Source: Microcoleus sp.
GTDB lineage: Bacteria > Cyanobacteriota > Cyanobacteriia > Cyanobacteriales > Microcoleaceae
DNA: 64,000 nt
Reading direction: 5' to 3'
Assembly: GCA_052279835.1 (NCBI GenBank)
Contig: CP181291.1
Coordinates: 4,064,001 to 4,128,000 of the forward strand
A program made the translations under genes and the position numbers. Positions within the stretch are counted from its first letter, which is position 1. Every line of letters starts with the position of its first letter. Below the pieces are notes generated by a model that did not search any database, was not told where the DNA came from, and worked only from the letters and a program-made list of their open reading frames with translations. Positions 11,316 through 22,781 of this stretch are shown here, one piece after another.

Positions 11316-11735
11316 ATGACAAAGGAGCAAAAATACATGTCTAAACCAGTGATTTTGTGTGTTGACGACGAGAGAATCATGTTGGACAGTCTGAGGACGC
11401 AGCTAGCCGCCGAATTTGGCGATGCGTACAGCTATGAAGGGGCGGAAGATGCCGAAGAAGCTTTGGAGTTAATTAGCGAGCTCAATGACGATGAAGTCAG
11501 CGTCGTTATGATTATTTCCGATTGGTTAATGCCCGGTATGAAGGGAGATGAGTTGTTGATTCGTATTCATGAAAAATTTCCTCATATTATCAAAATAATG
11601 CTGACAGGTCAAGTTGACCAATCAGCAATCGCTCGCGCTCAACAACAGGCAAATCTTCATAAATGCTTATCTAAACCTTGGTTTGAAGCAGAGTTACGGG
11701 AAACTATTAAATCTGCTTTGTCTCATAAGCTATGA
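11316..11735 (+). CDS. Single-domain response regulator (REC)
   Basis: ILCVDDE, SDWLMPG, LTG, KPW; start may be 11337. Confidence 0.9.
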   Translation: MTKEQKYMSKPVILCVDDERIMLDSLRTQLAAEFGDAYSYEGAEDAEEALELISELNDDEVSVVMIISDWLMPGMKGDELLIRIHEKFPHIIKIMLTGQVDQSAIARAQQQANLHKCLSKPWFEAELRETIKSALSHKL

Positions 11736-13501
11736 ACCAAAAGGTAATAATTTGCGTCGATGATGAGATAACTATACTCAGGGGACTCAAAGCAGAATTG
11801 CGAGAGGCCATCGATAACGATTATATAATCGAAATAGCTGAAGGAGGAGAGGAAGCATTAGAATTAATAGAAGAATTGCGAGAGGAGGGTTCTGAAGTTA
11901 TTCTAATTATTTCCGACCAGATGATGCCGGAAATGAGGGGAGATGAGCTATTAAGGCGCGTACATATCATCTCCCCAAAAACCATAAAAATTATGCTCAC
12001 AGGACAAGCGGATGTTGAAGCCATAAGCAATGCGATTAATCATGCCAATTTATATCGTTATATCGCTAAACCTTGGCAAGCAGAAGATTTAAAATTGACA
12101 GTTAAAGAAGCGATAAATAGCTATTTTAAAGACAAACAACTTACAGAACAAAATGCGCAACTCCAGCGCATGAATCAAGAGTTGGCAACATTAAACAGCC
12201 AGCAAGCGGTACTGATTACTAAACTCCACGAAAACGAAAATCGCTTAACACAGTTTTTGGAAGCAATGCCAGTGGGTGTGGGTGTACTTGATACTGATGG
12301 CAAAGTTTACTATATAAATCGGAAAGCAAAAGAGATATTTGGTAAAGGAGTTGTATCGGATATCCCTGCGGAAAAATTGTCAGAGGTTTATCAACTTTAT
12401 GAAGGGGGTACTCTTGAACATTGCCCTGTCGAAAACTTACCCATCATCCGGGCATTGAGGGGGGAAACTTCCGTGGCTGATGATTTAGAAGTCCGACACG
12501 GGGAGCAGATTATTCCCCTAGAAATTCAGGCTACCCCAATTTACGATCGGGATGGCAAAATTGTCTATGCGATCAATACTCTTCAAGATATCACGGAACG
12601 CAAACAAGCTGAAGCAGAACGGAAAAAATTTATTGAGGAACTCTTTGAAGTCAATTGCAATTTGGAAATTGCACTGGAAGCAGAATTAGAAATCACTCAG
12701 GCGACAAGTCGATTTGTACCCAATCAGTTTTTAGGTTTTTTGGGATGTGAAAGTATTGTTGATATTAAATTGGGAGACGCGGTAGAGTTAGAAATGTCGG
12801 TGTTATTTTCTGACATCCGCGAATTCACTACTCTTTCGGAACAGATGACACCGGAAGATAATTTCAAATTTATAAATTCTTATTTGAGTCATATGGAACC
12901 GCGAATACTTGAAAATCGTGGGTTTATTGATAAATATATTGGCGATGCAATTATGGCACTGTTTAGCGAGGGTGCTGATGATGCTGTTCGTGCGGGAATA
13001 GCCATGCTACACGCCTTGGTTGAATACAATCAAGAGCGCGCTTCTGCTGGCTATATACCCATTAAGATTGGGGTGGGGATTAATACTGGTTCTTTGATGC
13101 TGGGTATCGTTGGCGGGCCTAGCCGGATGGATGGTACTGTGATTAGTGATGCGGTTAATTTGGCTTCTCGGATTGAAAGTTTGACGAAAAAGTATGGGGT
13201 GTCGTTGTTGATTACCGATCCGACTTTCCAGTCTTTGAAAAATCCTGCTGATTATGCAATCCGCAAAATCGATCGAGTTCAGGTAAAAGGAAAGTCGGAA
13301 ATGGTTACTGTTTATGAAGTTTTTGATGCGGACTTGCCGGAAATTAAAGCTGGTAAGTTAGCGACGCTGCAAATATTTAGTGAGGCTTTGTTTTTGTATG
13401 ACATGAAAAATTTTAGTGGGGCGGCTTTACTTTTTACTGAGTGTTTGCAGCACAATCCGGGCGATATAGTGGCTCAGATTTATCTGGAAAGATGTGATTA
13501 G
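11732..13501 (+). CDS. REC-PAS-class III adenylate cyclase
   Basis: N-terminal REC; FSDIREFT, DKYIGDA, TVISDAVNLASR; the K/T specificity pair suggests ATP. Confidence 0.9.
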   Translation: MNQKVIICVDDEITILRGLKAELREAIDNDYIIEIAEGGEEALELIEELREEGSEVILIISDQMMPEMRGDELLRRVHIISPKTIKIMLTGQADVEAISNAINHANLYRYIAKPWQAEDLKLTVKEAINSYFKDKQLTEQNAQLQRMNQELATLNSQQAVLITKLHENENRLTQFLEAMPVGVGVLDTDGKVYYINRKAKEIFGKGVVSDIPAEKLSEVYQLYEGGTLEHCPVENLPIIRALRGETSVADDLEVRHGEQIIPLEIQATPIYDRDGKIVYAINTLQDITERKQAEAERKKFIEELFEVNCNLEIALEAELEITQATSRFVPNQFLGFLGCESIVDIKLGDAVELEMSVLFSDIREFTTLSEQMTPEDNFKFINSYLSHMEPRILENRGFIDKYIGDAIMALFSEGADDAVRAGIAMLHALVEYNQERASAGYIPIKIGVGINTGSLMLGIVGGPSRMDGTVISDAVNLASRIESLTKKYGVSLLITDPTFQSLKNPADYAIRKIDRVQVKGKSEMVTVYEVFDADLPEIKAGKLATLQIFSEALFLYDMKNFSGAALLFTECLQHNPGDIVAQIYLERCD

Positions 13502-13808
13502 TTATTGGTTATTTGTTAAGTAAATCCACTTAATTAAACGTAAAATACGGATGACCGAAAAGCTGACTGCATAAGTCTTCTTCCTTCTTCCTGAATTTCC
13601 CCCCTTGGGGGGGGCAGGGGGGGGTGACTTCTTCCTTCTTCCTTCTACTTATTTGTTGTTGGTTGTTGGTTGTTGGTTGTTGGTTACACGATCGCCCCGA
13701 TCGGTGATTTGATCAAAAATTTCCTATGGTTTCCCAGGCTGTTCTGTTGTGATTTGACAAGAAACTAGAAATGTGATATGTTTAAAAACAAATTTTATCT
13801 AAATGGAA

Positions 13809-13903
13809 TATAGCAATCGCCAATCCGCTTTGTTCCTTGCTCCCTTCGACTCGGCTCAGGGAGCAAGGAACAAATCACATTAACAGCCTTGGCGCTTGCT
13901 ATA
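13809..13903. repeat. MITE-like element with an internal 17-bp hairpin
   Basis: TATAGCAATCGCCAA...TTGGCGCTTGCTATA ends; TTTGTTCCTTGCTCCCT / AGGGAGCAAGGAACAAA stem. Confidence 0.7.
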
Positions 13904-14120
13904 CTTAAAGGCGATCGACTATTTAGTTACTGTCAATTAAGCTTGGTGTAAAATTTTCAAATCACCATGAATAGCCTAGGTAACTTTCGGGCGATCGTCT
14001 AAAATTGGCACTATCAAGAATTTCAGCTTAAAAATGCACGTAGTGCAGTAAGTATCTGGTCAAATCTAGCGTTTTCCGCCTCCTGTAGCATCTATATAAT
14101 GTTTATTTAACTTCATCACC

Positions 14121-17100
14121 ATGACTAATAATTTGTTAAAAATTCCCGGTTATCACATCATCGAAGAAATCTATAATGGATCTAGAACACAGGTTTATCG
14201 AGGTGTTTCTGAGTCCAACCAAAAAGTGATTATCAAACTGCTCAAAACTGAGTATCCCACTTTTAGCGAACTCGTGCAGTTTCGGAATCAGTACACCATT
14301 ACCAAAAATCTTGACCTTCCTGGAATTGTCAAACCGATTGCACTCTTAAACTACCGCAATGCTTTTGCTCTGGTAATGGAGGATGTTGGTGGTGTTTCCC
14401 TGGCTGAGTATACTGCTAATGCCAAGCAATTGGATAATATCCAATCAAGTAACTCTGACATGGCCTCCCCCCAGACTTCGCCCCTACCGCTAGATGAATT
14501 TTTGCCGATCGCGATTCAGATCGTCCAAACCATAGAAGGACTATATCACAACCGAATTATTCATAAAGACATCAAGCCCCAGAATATTATTATTAACCCT
14601 GAAACTAAAGAAATTAAATTAATTGACTTCAGCATTTCCTCACTGTTACCGAGAGAAAACCAGGAAATTCAAAATCCCAAAGTCTTAGAAGGAACTCTGG
14701 CTTATATGTCCCCGGAACAAACGGGACGAATGAATCGAGGTATCGACTACCGCACCGACTTTTACTCGCTGGGAGTTACTTTTTACCAACTACTAACAGG
14801 GCAATTACCATTTAATTCCACCGAGCCCATGGAACTCGTTCACTGTCATATTGCCAAGATGCCGATTCCGCCAATGGAACTGGTTCAAAATATGTCGGTG
14901 ATGGTGAATAATCTGATTGTCAAATTGATGGCAAAGACTCCAGAATTACGCTATCAAAGTGCTACTGGACTGCGCTATGACTTAGAAAAATGCTGGCAGC
15001 AATGGCAAGAGAATGGGACTATTAGCCAGTTTGGATTGGGAAATCGGGATATTTGCGATCGCTTCGTGATTCCCGAAAAACTCTACGGCAGAGAAATTGA
15101 AGTTAAAGCTCTATTAGATTCCTTCGATCGCGTAAGCGAAGGCAGCAGAGAAATTATGCTAGTTGCTGGCTTTTCTGGCATTGGTAAAACTGCTGTAGTG
15201 AATGAAGTACAAAAACCCATTGTCCGCCAAAGGGGTTATTTCATCAAAGGAAAATTTGACCAATTCAAGCGCGATATTCCCTTTTCTGCATGGGTGCAAG
15301 CATTCCAGAATTTAATGAGGCAATTACTCACTGAAAGTCCTGCCCAGGTGCAGAAATGGAAAGTTAAAGTATTTGAGGCTTTGGGTGAAAACGGTCAGGT
15401 AATTGTTGATGTCATTCCTGAATTAGAACACCTAATTGGCAAGCAGAAAAAAGTGTCAGAACTAGAGGGGACTGCTGCTAAAAATCGCTTCAATCTATTA
15501 TTTCAAAACTTCATCCGATTGTTTGCCACAAAAGAGCATCCTTTAGTAATTTTCTTGGATGATTTGCAGTGGGCAGACTCGGCTTCATTGAAGCTAATAC
15601 AATTATTAATGAGTGAAAAAGATACCAACTATCTGTTGTTAATGGGAGCGTATCGGGACAATGAAGTTTTTCCAGCCCATCCACTGATGCTGACATTGGA
15701 TGAGATTCGCTCATACTCGGCAACAGTTAACCAAATTACGTTAGCACCTTTAGACAAAACTTCCCTGAATCGCCTGATTGCTGATACGATGATTTGTTCA
15801 CCCGAAAAGGCAATGCCTCTAACAGAACTGGTTTTCGGCAAAACTCAAGGCAATCCTTTTTTTGCTACTCAATTTCTTAAATCTTTGCAGGTTGATGGAT
15901 TAATATCATTTGATTATACCCCCCCAACCCCCCCTTACCAAGGGGGGGCAAGCTTGCAAACCCCCCCTTTCCAAGGGGGGGAAAGGGGGGGTTGGCAATG
16001 TGATATTGGTCAAGTTAGGACGCTAGCTTTGACCGATGATGTGGTCGAGTTTATGGCAATTCAGTTGCAAAAACTGCCTATAAATACCCAGGAGGTCCTG
16101 AAACTTGCAGCTTGTATTGGCAATCAATTTGACTTAGCAACTCTGGCAATTGTTCATCAAAAATCTCAGATTGAAACATCTGCTGATTTGTGGAAAGCGT
16201 TGCAAGAAGGGTTGGTTATTCCGATTAGTGAAGTTTACAAGTTTTTTGGTGACTCGGAATCAGTTGAAGTTGGACAAGCGTCGGAGTTATCGGTTCCCTA
16301 CAAGTTTTTACATGACCGAGTGCAGCAAGCAGCATATTTTCTGATTCCCGAATCCCAGAAACAGTCCACCCATCTCGAAATTGGTCAACTATTGTTGCAC
16401 AAGGGCGGGCACGGTGGCACCGCCCCTACGGAAGCAGAAAGAGAAGAAAAAATTTTTGATATTGTCAACCAGTTGAATATCGGGCTGGAGTTAATTGAAG
16501 ATCAGCCTGAGCGAGACCGACTAGCTCAATTAAATTTAATTGCCGGACGTAAAGCCTTAACTTCAACTGCTTATGCTGCGGCAAATATCTATCTCCAAAT
16601 AGGGATTAAACTCTTGAGGGCTAACTGCTGGCAGAATCAGTATGAATTGACCCTGAATCTCTATGTTGCTGCTGCTGAAGCTGCCTATTTGAATGCTGAC
16701 TTTGATGGTATGGAGTTCCTAGCAGCAGAGGTTTTGCAACACGCCCAAACAATTTTAGATCGAGTTAAAATTTACGAAATTAAAATTGCCGCTCAGACAG
16801 CCCAGATCAAGGTGTTAGAAACGATCGCAGTCGCCAGAGACGCACTCTTACAATTGGGAATTGAACTCCCTACCACACCTGATGAAGCCTCGATCGCCAA
16901 AGCGCTACAAGCCCTTGCAGGCTACCTCGGCGACAGAAAGATTGAGGAACTAATTGACCTACCTGTGATGAGAAATCCACAGACTCACGCAGCTATGCAA
17001 CTGTCTGGTATGTTGTTTCCACCCGTTTTCCAAGGAATGCCCGGTTTGCTGCCCCTACTTAGCTCGACGATGGTGAGTTTATCGCTCCAATTTGGGAATG

Positions 17101-19793
17101 CACCCGCATCGACGGTGGGGTATGCGATGCACGGGATGGTGTTGTGTGCCTTTTTTCAAGAAGTGGAAACGGGCTATGGCTATGGGCAATTGGGGCTGAA
17201 CTTGCTCGATCGGTTAAATGTGCGGGAATTGAAGTCCACAGTTCTACTTTTGTTTGGGGGCTGGATTCAGCATCGTAAAGAAGCTCTTTTAGCAACACTA
17301 CCGACACTGAAAGATGGCTTTACGGCTGGCATGGAAACTGGCGACTTTGTAGACGCTGGCTACAACATATACATTTATTTTTATACCCATTTATTCGCTG
17401 GGGTAGAACTAGACACTTGGGAAGCAGAAATAGCAGGTTACAGGGGTGTCATGGCGCAGTTGAAACAATATTCTGCTCAAATTTATTTGGATATGATTCA
17501 GCAGACGGTGCAGAACTTGAGGGAAACCCGTATTCACTCGGATTGCTTAATCGGGGAAGCCTATGATGAAACGGTGATGATTCCCAAGCATTATCAGGAC
17601 AATGAATTCACGGCGATCGCCTGTGCCTGCATCTTCAAACTGCTGCTTGCTTACTGCTATGGAAACTACACGGCTGCCCTAGACAACATTACCAAAATTA
17701 AACAGTATGTGATGGGAGTATCGGGATCGACTTTTGTTCCCATTTTCCATTTCTATGCCGCCCTCACCCACCTAGCACTTTTGCCCACAGATTCAGCAAT
17801 TGAGCAAACTGAAATTCTTGCCTTAGTGGAAACCCATCAAACTACTCTGCATCAGTGGGCGCAAAATGCTCCCATGAATTATTTGCATAAATTGTATTTA
17901 GTAGATGCTGAACGACATCGAGTTTTAGGTCAAAATATGGAGGCGATTGATAATTACGATCGCGCTATTAAACTCGCCAAAGAAAACGAGTATATCAATG
18001 AAGAAGCACTAGCTAACGAACTCGCCGCCAAATTTTATCTAACCTGGGGCAAAGAGAAAATTGCTCAAGTATACCTAACGGATGCTTACTACGCCTATGC
18101 ACGCTGGGGAGCCAAGGCAAAAGTTGAGGATTTAGAAAAACGTTATCCTCAATTACTTGCGCCGATTTTAAATCAGAAAATGAGCTTAAAGACAGGGGAG
18201 ACAATTGCTCAAACGATGAGTGGAACTGTTACAGGTACAAGTTCAGGTGTTTCACAAATCCTGGATTTGGCAACCGTAATCAAAGCATCTCAATCACTCT
18301 CAGGCGAAATTAATCTCGATAAGTTGCTCTCCACTTTGATGCAAGTGATGATAGAGAATGCGGGAGCCGAAACAGGAGCGATGATTTTGATACAAGGAGA
18401 TTCATTGTTCCTCGCTGTTCAATGTGCTACTGGTAAATCGTGCAACCTAAACTCAACTCCAGTTGTTGACTCTAACGAAATTCCGATCGCAATTATTAAC
18501 TATGTCTGGCGCACCCAAGAAACTCTGGTAATAAATGATGCCACTACAGAGGCTACCTTTGCTGCTGACTCTTATATCATCCAGCATCAACCAAAGTCTG
18601 TTTTGTGTCTGCCGATTCAACATCAAGGAAAGTCAAGCGCAATTCTGTACCTTGAAAATAATCTGGTGACTAATGCCTTTACGGACGATCGCCTCGCAGT
18701 CTTAAATATCTTAGCGTCTCAAGCAGCAATTTCGATTGAAAATGCTCAACTCTATGCTAATTTAGAAACTAAGGTTGAGGAACGTACCCAAGAACTTTCA
18801 CAAGCTTTAAACAATCTCAAATCTACCCAAGACGAACTGATTCAATCGGAAAAGATGGCTGCATTGGGACAACTGGTGGCGGGAGTTGCTCATGAAATCA
18901 ATACACCTTTGGGAGCAATTTGTTCCTCCGTGAGTTATATGAGCGATTTCTTGAGTCAAAATCTCAATCAATTACCCTCATTTTTTCAATCACTATCGCT
19001 ACAACGCCAACAGCAATTTATCGAGATGTTGGAGCGATCGCAACAAAATACTACCACTGTATCGGGGCGAGAACGCCGCCAATTGAGGAAAGCTATTGTC
19101 AGCCAACTACAAGCTCAAGGCATTGCTGAGGCTGATACTGTGGCGAATCTGCTTCTAGATTTGGGAATTTGCGATCGCCTTGAGCCTTTTATCTCTATAT
19201 TCCAAGATGCCGAGTGTGACAACTTTCTCAAAACCGTGCGCCAGTTTGTCAGTTTGCAAGAAAGTACACGAGACATTAAAACTGCTTCTGAAAGAGCCAC
19301 AAAAATTGTCTTTGCACTCAAAACCTATGCCCGATTCAACCAAACGGGAGAAACCATTGAAGCGAGTATTATTGATGGAGTTGAAGTGGTTTTAACCCTA
19401 TATCAAAATCAACTTAAACAGGGAATAGAGGTAATTCGTAATTATCAAGATTTGCCCCGAATCTGCTGCTACTTTGATGAATTAAATCAAGTTTGGACGA
19501 ATCTCATTCATAACGGTTTGCAAGCCATGAATAACCGAGGGACTTTGACGATTGATGCTAGGGAGGAAAATGGGTCTATAATGGTGAGTATTACTGATAG
19601 TGGTTCTGGTATTCCTGAAGAGGTTAAGGCGAAGATTTTTCAGCCTTTCTTTACTACTAAACCACCCGGAGAAGGTAGTGGTTTAGGGCTGGATATCGTT
19701 AGGAAAATTGTAGAAAAACACCAAGGTATTATTGAATTTACATCAATTCCTGGTCAAACTACTTTTACTGTTTCTTTACCGATAAATAGCTAG
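14121..19793 (+). CDS. Ser/Thr kinase - AAA ATPase - GAF - histidine kinase (HstK-like multidomain protein)
   Basis: HKDIKPQN, LIDFS, YMSPEQ; Walker A GFSGIGKT and Walker B FLDDLQWAD; GAF (LYLENN); AHEINTPL and HATPase G-boxes. Confidence 0.93.
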   Translation: MTNNLLKIPGYHIIEEIYNGSRTQVYRGVSESNQKVIIKLLKTEYPTFSELVQFRNQYTITKNLDLPGIVKPIALLNYRNAFALVMEDVGGVSLAEYTANAKQLDNIQSSNSDMASPQTSPLPLDEFLPIAIQIVQTIEGLYHNRIIHKDIKPQNIIINPETKEIKLIDFSISSLLPRENQEIQNPKVLEGTLAYMSPEQTGRMNRGIDYRTDFYSLGVTFYQLLTGQLPFNSTEPMELVHCHIAKMPIPPMELVQNMSVMVNNLIVKLMAKTPELRYQSATGLRYDLEKCWQQWQENGTISQFGLGNRDICDRFVIPEKLYGREIEVKALLDSFDRVSEGSREIMLVAGFSGIGKTAVVNEVQKPIVRQRGYFIKGKFDQFKRDIPFSAWVQAFQNLMRQLLTESPAQVQKWKVKVFEALGENGQVIVDVIPELEHLIGKQKKVSELEGTAAKNRFNLLFQNFIRLFATKEHPLVIFLDDLQWADSASLKLIQLLMSEKDTNYLLLMGAYRDNEVFPAHPLMLTLDEIRSYSATVNQITLAPLDKTSLNRLIADTMICSPEKAMPLTELVFGKTQGNPFFATQFLKSLQVDGLISFDYTPPTPPYQGGASLQTPPFQGGERGGWQCDIGQVRTLALTDDVVEFMAIQLQKLPINTQEVLKLAACIGNQFDLATLAIVHQKSQIETSADLWKALQEGLVIPISEVYKFFGDSESVEVGQASELSVPYKFLHDRVQQAAYFLIPESQKQSTHLEIGQLLLHKGGHGGTAPTEAEREEKIFDIVNQLNIGLELIEDQPERDRLAQLNLIAGRKALTSTAYAAANIYLQIGIKLLRANCWQNQYELTLNLYVAAAEAAYLNADFDGMEFLAAEVLQHAQTILDRVKIYEIKIAAQTAQIKVLETIAVARDALLQLGIELPTTPDEASIAKALQALAGYLGDRKIEELIDLPVMRNPQTHAAMQLSGMLFPPVFQGMPGLLPLLSSTMVSLSLQFGNAPASTVGYAMHGMVLCAFFQEVETGYGYGQLGLNLLDRLNVRELKSTVLLLFGGWIQHRKEALLATLPTLKDGFTAGMETGDFVDAGYNIYIYFYTHLFAGVELDTWEAEIAGYRGVMAQLKQYSAQIYLDMIQQTVQNLRETRIHSDCLIGEAYDETVMIPKHYQDNEFTAIACACIFKLLLAYCYGNYTAALDNITKIKQYVMGVSGSTFVPIFHFYAALTHLALLPTDSAIEQTEILALVETHQTTLHQWAQNAPMNYLHKLYLVDAERHRVLGQNMEAIDNYDRAIKLAKENEYINEEALANELAAKFYLTWGKEKIAQVYLTDAYYAYARWGAKAKVEDLEKRYPQLLAPILNQKMSLKTGETIAQTMSGTVTGTSSGVSQILDLATVIKASQSLSGEINLDKLLSTLMQVMIENAGAETGAMILIQGDSLFLAVQCATGKSCNLNSTPVVDSNEIPIAIINYVWRTQETLVINDATTEATFAADSYIIQHQPKSVLCLPIQHQGKSSAILYLENNLVTNAFTDDRLAVLNILASQAAISIENAQLYANLETKVEERTQELSQALNNLKSTQDELIQSEKMAALGQLVAGVAHEINTPLGAICSSVSYMSDFLSQNLNQLPSFFQSLSLQRQQQFIEMLERSQQNTTTVSGRERRQLRKAIVSQLQAQGIAEADTVANLLLDLGICDRLEPFISIFQDAECDNFLKTVRQFVSLQESTRDIKTASERATKIVFALKTYARFNQTGETIEASIIDGVEVVLTLYQNQLKQGIEVIRNYQDLPRICCYFDELNQVWTNLIHNGLQAMNNRGTLTIDAREENGSIMVSITDSGSGIPEEVKAKIFQPFFTTKPPGEGSGLGLDIVRKIVEKHQGIIEFTSIPGQTTFTVSLPINS

Positions 19794-20017
19794 CATCTGG
19801 GTAGTATTCCTTTGCCATTGGTGTTAAATTAAGGGTAAGAAGCGTCAAGAGGGCAGGCACGGGGGGAACTGCCCCTACAAGAGAATGAAACAGCCCTGGG
19901 ATGCGAGGGGAATCTATACTAGAAAGAGAGGGCGGGTGCGGCGGCACTTCCCCTACAAACAGAAGAGCATCAACGGCTAGCCTGAAACTAGATCACATAA
20001 CCTACCAAGAACTCAAA

Positions 20018-20413
20018 ATGCCTAAACTATCGATTTTATGTGTTGATGATGAAGTGATTATTCTCAACAGTTTGCTACGACAACTACAAGCTGCCTTTGG
20101 CGATTCCTATGTTTATGAAACTTCAGAAAATGCGCAGGAAGCTCTGGAAATTCTCGAAGAATTGCAAGAGGAAGAAGCAGGTGTGATTGTGATAGTGTCT
20201 GACTGGTTAATGCCGGGGATGAAGGGCGATGAATTTATGATTGAAGTTCATAAAAAATTTCCGAATGTCGTCAAAATATTATTGACAGGACAAGCGGATG
20301 AAGCAGCCGTAGAACGGGCAAAAGAACAGGCTAATCTTCATCGTTACCTGCAAAAACCTTGGAGCGAACAGGAATTAATTGCTTGTATTCAAGAAGGATT
20401 AAAAAAGATATGA
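20018..20413 (+). CDS. Single-domain response regulator (REC)
   Basis: ILCVDDE, SDWLMPG, KPW; ATG at 20018 aligns with the paralogs. Confidence 0.9.
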   Translation: MPKLSILCVDDEVIILNSLLRQLQAAFGDSYVYETSENAQEALEILEELQEEEAGVIVIVSDWLMPGMKGDEFMIEVHKKFPNVVKILLTGQADEAAVERAKEQANLHRYLQKPWSEQELIACIQEGLKKI

Positions 20414-22323
20414 AACCTGTAATTATTTGTGTGGACGACGATCGGACTGTGCTTGATAGTTTGATGAGAGAATTATCAGTAAATTTCGGAGATAAGTTTG
20501 AAATTGAAACTGCTATGGGAGGGGGTGAAGCTATAGAATTAGTCGAAGATTTGCTGGCAGATGAATGCGAAATTGCTGTGGTCATTTCGGACTATATTAT
20601 GCCCGACATGAAAGGAGATGAAGTTTTAAGAAGCATTCACGAGCGATCGCCCAATACGCTAAAAATCATGCTCACTGGTCAAGCTACCATAGAAGGAGTC
20701 AGCAATGCAGTTAATTCGGCTCAACTCTATCGCTATATTCCTAAGCCTTGGGTAACTGCACAACTCAATTTTACCCTCCAAGAAGCGTTAAAAATTTATT
20801 TTTTAGAACAACAGTTGGCTGCACAAAATACCCAACTTAGAGCGAGTGAGCGTCGTCTGGCTCAGTTTTTAGAAGCGATACCTATAGGGGTATCCGTCTA
20901 CGACACAGCGGGAAAAACTACCTACGCCAATCGCAAGGCGAAGGAATTATTAGGGATTGAAGCTTTACCGGAGACGACTATTGAGCAGTTGTCTCCAACC
21001 TATCAAGTTTATCGCGCTGGTACTGGACAATTATATCCTAGTGATGAGTTGCCTGTTGTGCGATCGCTCGCGGGAGAAACAGTGCGGGCGGAAGATTTGG
21101 AATTGCATCAACCGGATCGAATTATTCCCTTGGAGGTTTCGACGACACCAATCTCAGACGAAATGGGAAATATTAGTTATGCCATTTGTACTTTCCAAGA
21201 TATTAGCGATAGACAACGAGCAGAAAGCGATCGGCTGCGTCTCGCCCAAGAAAGCGAAGCCAAGAATATTGCTTTGCAGATGAATGAAGAAATTGAGGTA
21301 AAAAACCAAGAATTAGCCTTAACTGTACAAGAATTACAAGCCACTCAGCAACAATTAATCGACTCGGAAAAAATGGCTGCGCTGGGACAATTGGTGGCAG
21401 GAGTTGCCCATGAAATTAATACTCCTATAGGTGCGATTCGCTCCTCCGCCGGGAGTATATCCAGCTTCTTGACTATCACCCTAGAACAGTTGCCCGTACT
21501 GTTTCAAAACCTTACCGAAGAGGAAGGCCAAGAGTTTATGGCTTTACTTGGGCGATCGCTCAACCAACAATCAATAATATCTACTAAAGAAGAACGCAAG
21601 TTGAAGAAATCTCTCAGGAATCAACTGAAAGAATTAGATTTTTCTGAAACAAATGCTGAAAATATTGCCGATATATTGGTCATCATGGGAATTTATCAAG
21701 AAATTGATAGTTTCATTCCTCTATTAAGCAAGTCTAAGGGTTGTAAAATATTAGAAATAGCCTATCAACTTTCACAAATAAAAAGAGGCATGATGACTAT
21801 TCAAAACGCGACGGAGCGGGCATCAAAAGTAGTGTTTGCTTTGAAAACCTATGCCCATTATGAACATTCAGGTCAAAGGACTCAAGCCAATTTAACTGAA
21901 GGGATTGAAACAGTTTTAACACTTTATCAAAATCAATTAAAACAAGGAGTTAATGTAATTAAGAACTATACCGAATTGCCACCCCTACTGTGTTATCCTG
22001 ACGAACTGAATCAGGTATGGATTAATCTCATCCATAATGCCTTGCAAGCGATGGATAATCGCGGCAATTTAACTATTGATGTTACGACTATTGACGAGCA
22101 GGCAAAAATTAGCTTTACTGATAGTGGAAAAGGAATACCGGAAGAGATTCAACCCCAAATATTTGCTCCTTTTTTTACCACTAAGCCAGCAGGAGAAGGT
22201 AGCGGATTGGGACTAGATATTGTCAATAAAATTGTAAAAAAACATCATGGTAGAATAGAATTTGAATCCATTCCGGGTCAAACTAAGTTTAGTGTTTTTC
22301 TACCAGTTACCAGACTTGAGTAA
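20410..22323 (+). CDS. Hybrid REC-PAS-histidine kinase
   Basis: ATGA overlap with the upstream gene; REC SDYIMP; AHEINTPI; FFTTKP.GEGSGLGL. Confidence 0.92.
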   Translation: MKPVIICVDDDRTVLDSLMRELSVNFGDKFEIETAMGGGEAIELVEDLLADECEIAVVISDYIMPDMKGDEVLRSIHERSPNTLKIMLTGQATIEGVSNAVNSAQLYRYIPKPWVTAQLNFTLQEALKIYFLEQQLAAQNTQLRASERRLAQFLEAIPIGVSVYDTAGKTTYANRKAKELLGIEALPETTIEQLSPTYQVYRAGTGQLYPSDELPVVRSLAGETVRAEDLELHQPDRIIPLEVSTTPISDEMGNISYAICTFQDISDRQRAESDRLRLAQESEAKNIALQMNEEIEVKNQELALTVQELQATQQQLIDSEKMAALGQLVAGVAHEINTPIGAIRSSAGSISSFLTITLEQLPVLFQNLTEEEGQEFMALLGRSLNQQSIISTKEERKLKKSLRNQLKELDFSETNAENIADILVIMGIYQEIDSFIPLLSKSKGCKILEIAYQLSQIKRGMMTIQNATERASKVVFALKTYAHYEHSGQRTQANLTEGIETVLTLYQNQLKQGVNVIKNYTELPPLLCYPDELNQVWINLIHNALQAMDNRGNLTIDVTTIDEQAKISFTDSGKGIPEEIQPQIFAPFFTTKPAGEGSGLGLDIVNKIVKKHHGRIEFESIPGQTKFSVFLPVTRLE

Positions 22324-22379
22324 TCGGATAATTAAGTCTATTTCATCTCAATTAAATGTAAAATAAGTAGGGAAAAACC

Positions 22380-22775
22380 ATGTCTAAACCTGTAATTTTG
22401 TGTGTTGACGATGAGAGAATGGTTTTAGATAGTCTGAGGATGCAGTTATCAACAGCATTCGGTTCTGGCTACAAATATGAATCAGCAGAAGATGCCTATG
22501 AAGCTTTAGATTTAATAGAGGAACTCGATGGGGAGAATATTAGAGTGATTGTGATTATTTCTGATTGGTTAATGCCCGGTATTAAGGGCGATGATTTTTT
22601 AATTCGCGTCCACGAACAATTCCCAAAAGTTGTTAAAATACTGCTGACTGGTCAAGCCGATGAAGCAGCTATTAATCGAGCCAAACAACAGGCAAATCTC
22701 CATTCTTGTTTGTTTAAGCCTTGGTCGGAAAATGATTTGAGAGAAACTATTCAATCTGCATTGTCCCAACTATAA
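22380..22775 (+). CDS. Single-domain response regulator (REC)
   Basis: [22 protein letters not shown]; close paralog of the 11316 gene. Confidence 0.92.
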   Translation: MSKPVILCVDDERMVLDSLRMQLSTAFGSGYKYESAEDAYEALDLIEELDGENIRVIVIISDWLMPGIKGDDFLIRVHEQFPKVVKILLTGQADEAAINRAKQQANLHSCLFKPWSENDLRETIQSALSQL

Positions 22776-22781
22776 TGTAAG

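Noticed and set aside
19901..20017. N-terminal extension of the response regulator
   Set aside because: Derived from REP-containing intergenic DNA; paralogs align from ATG 20018
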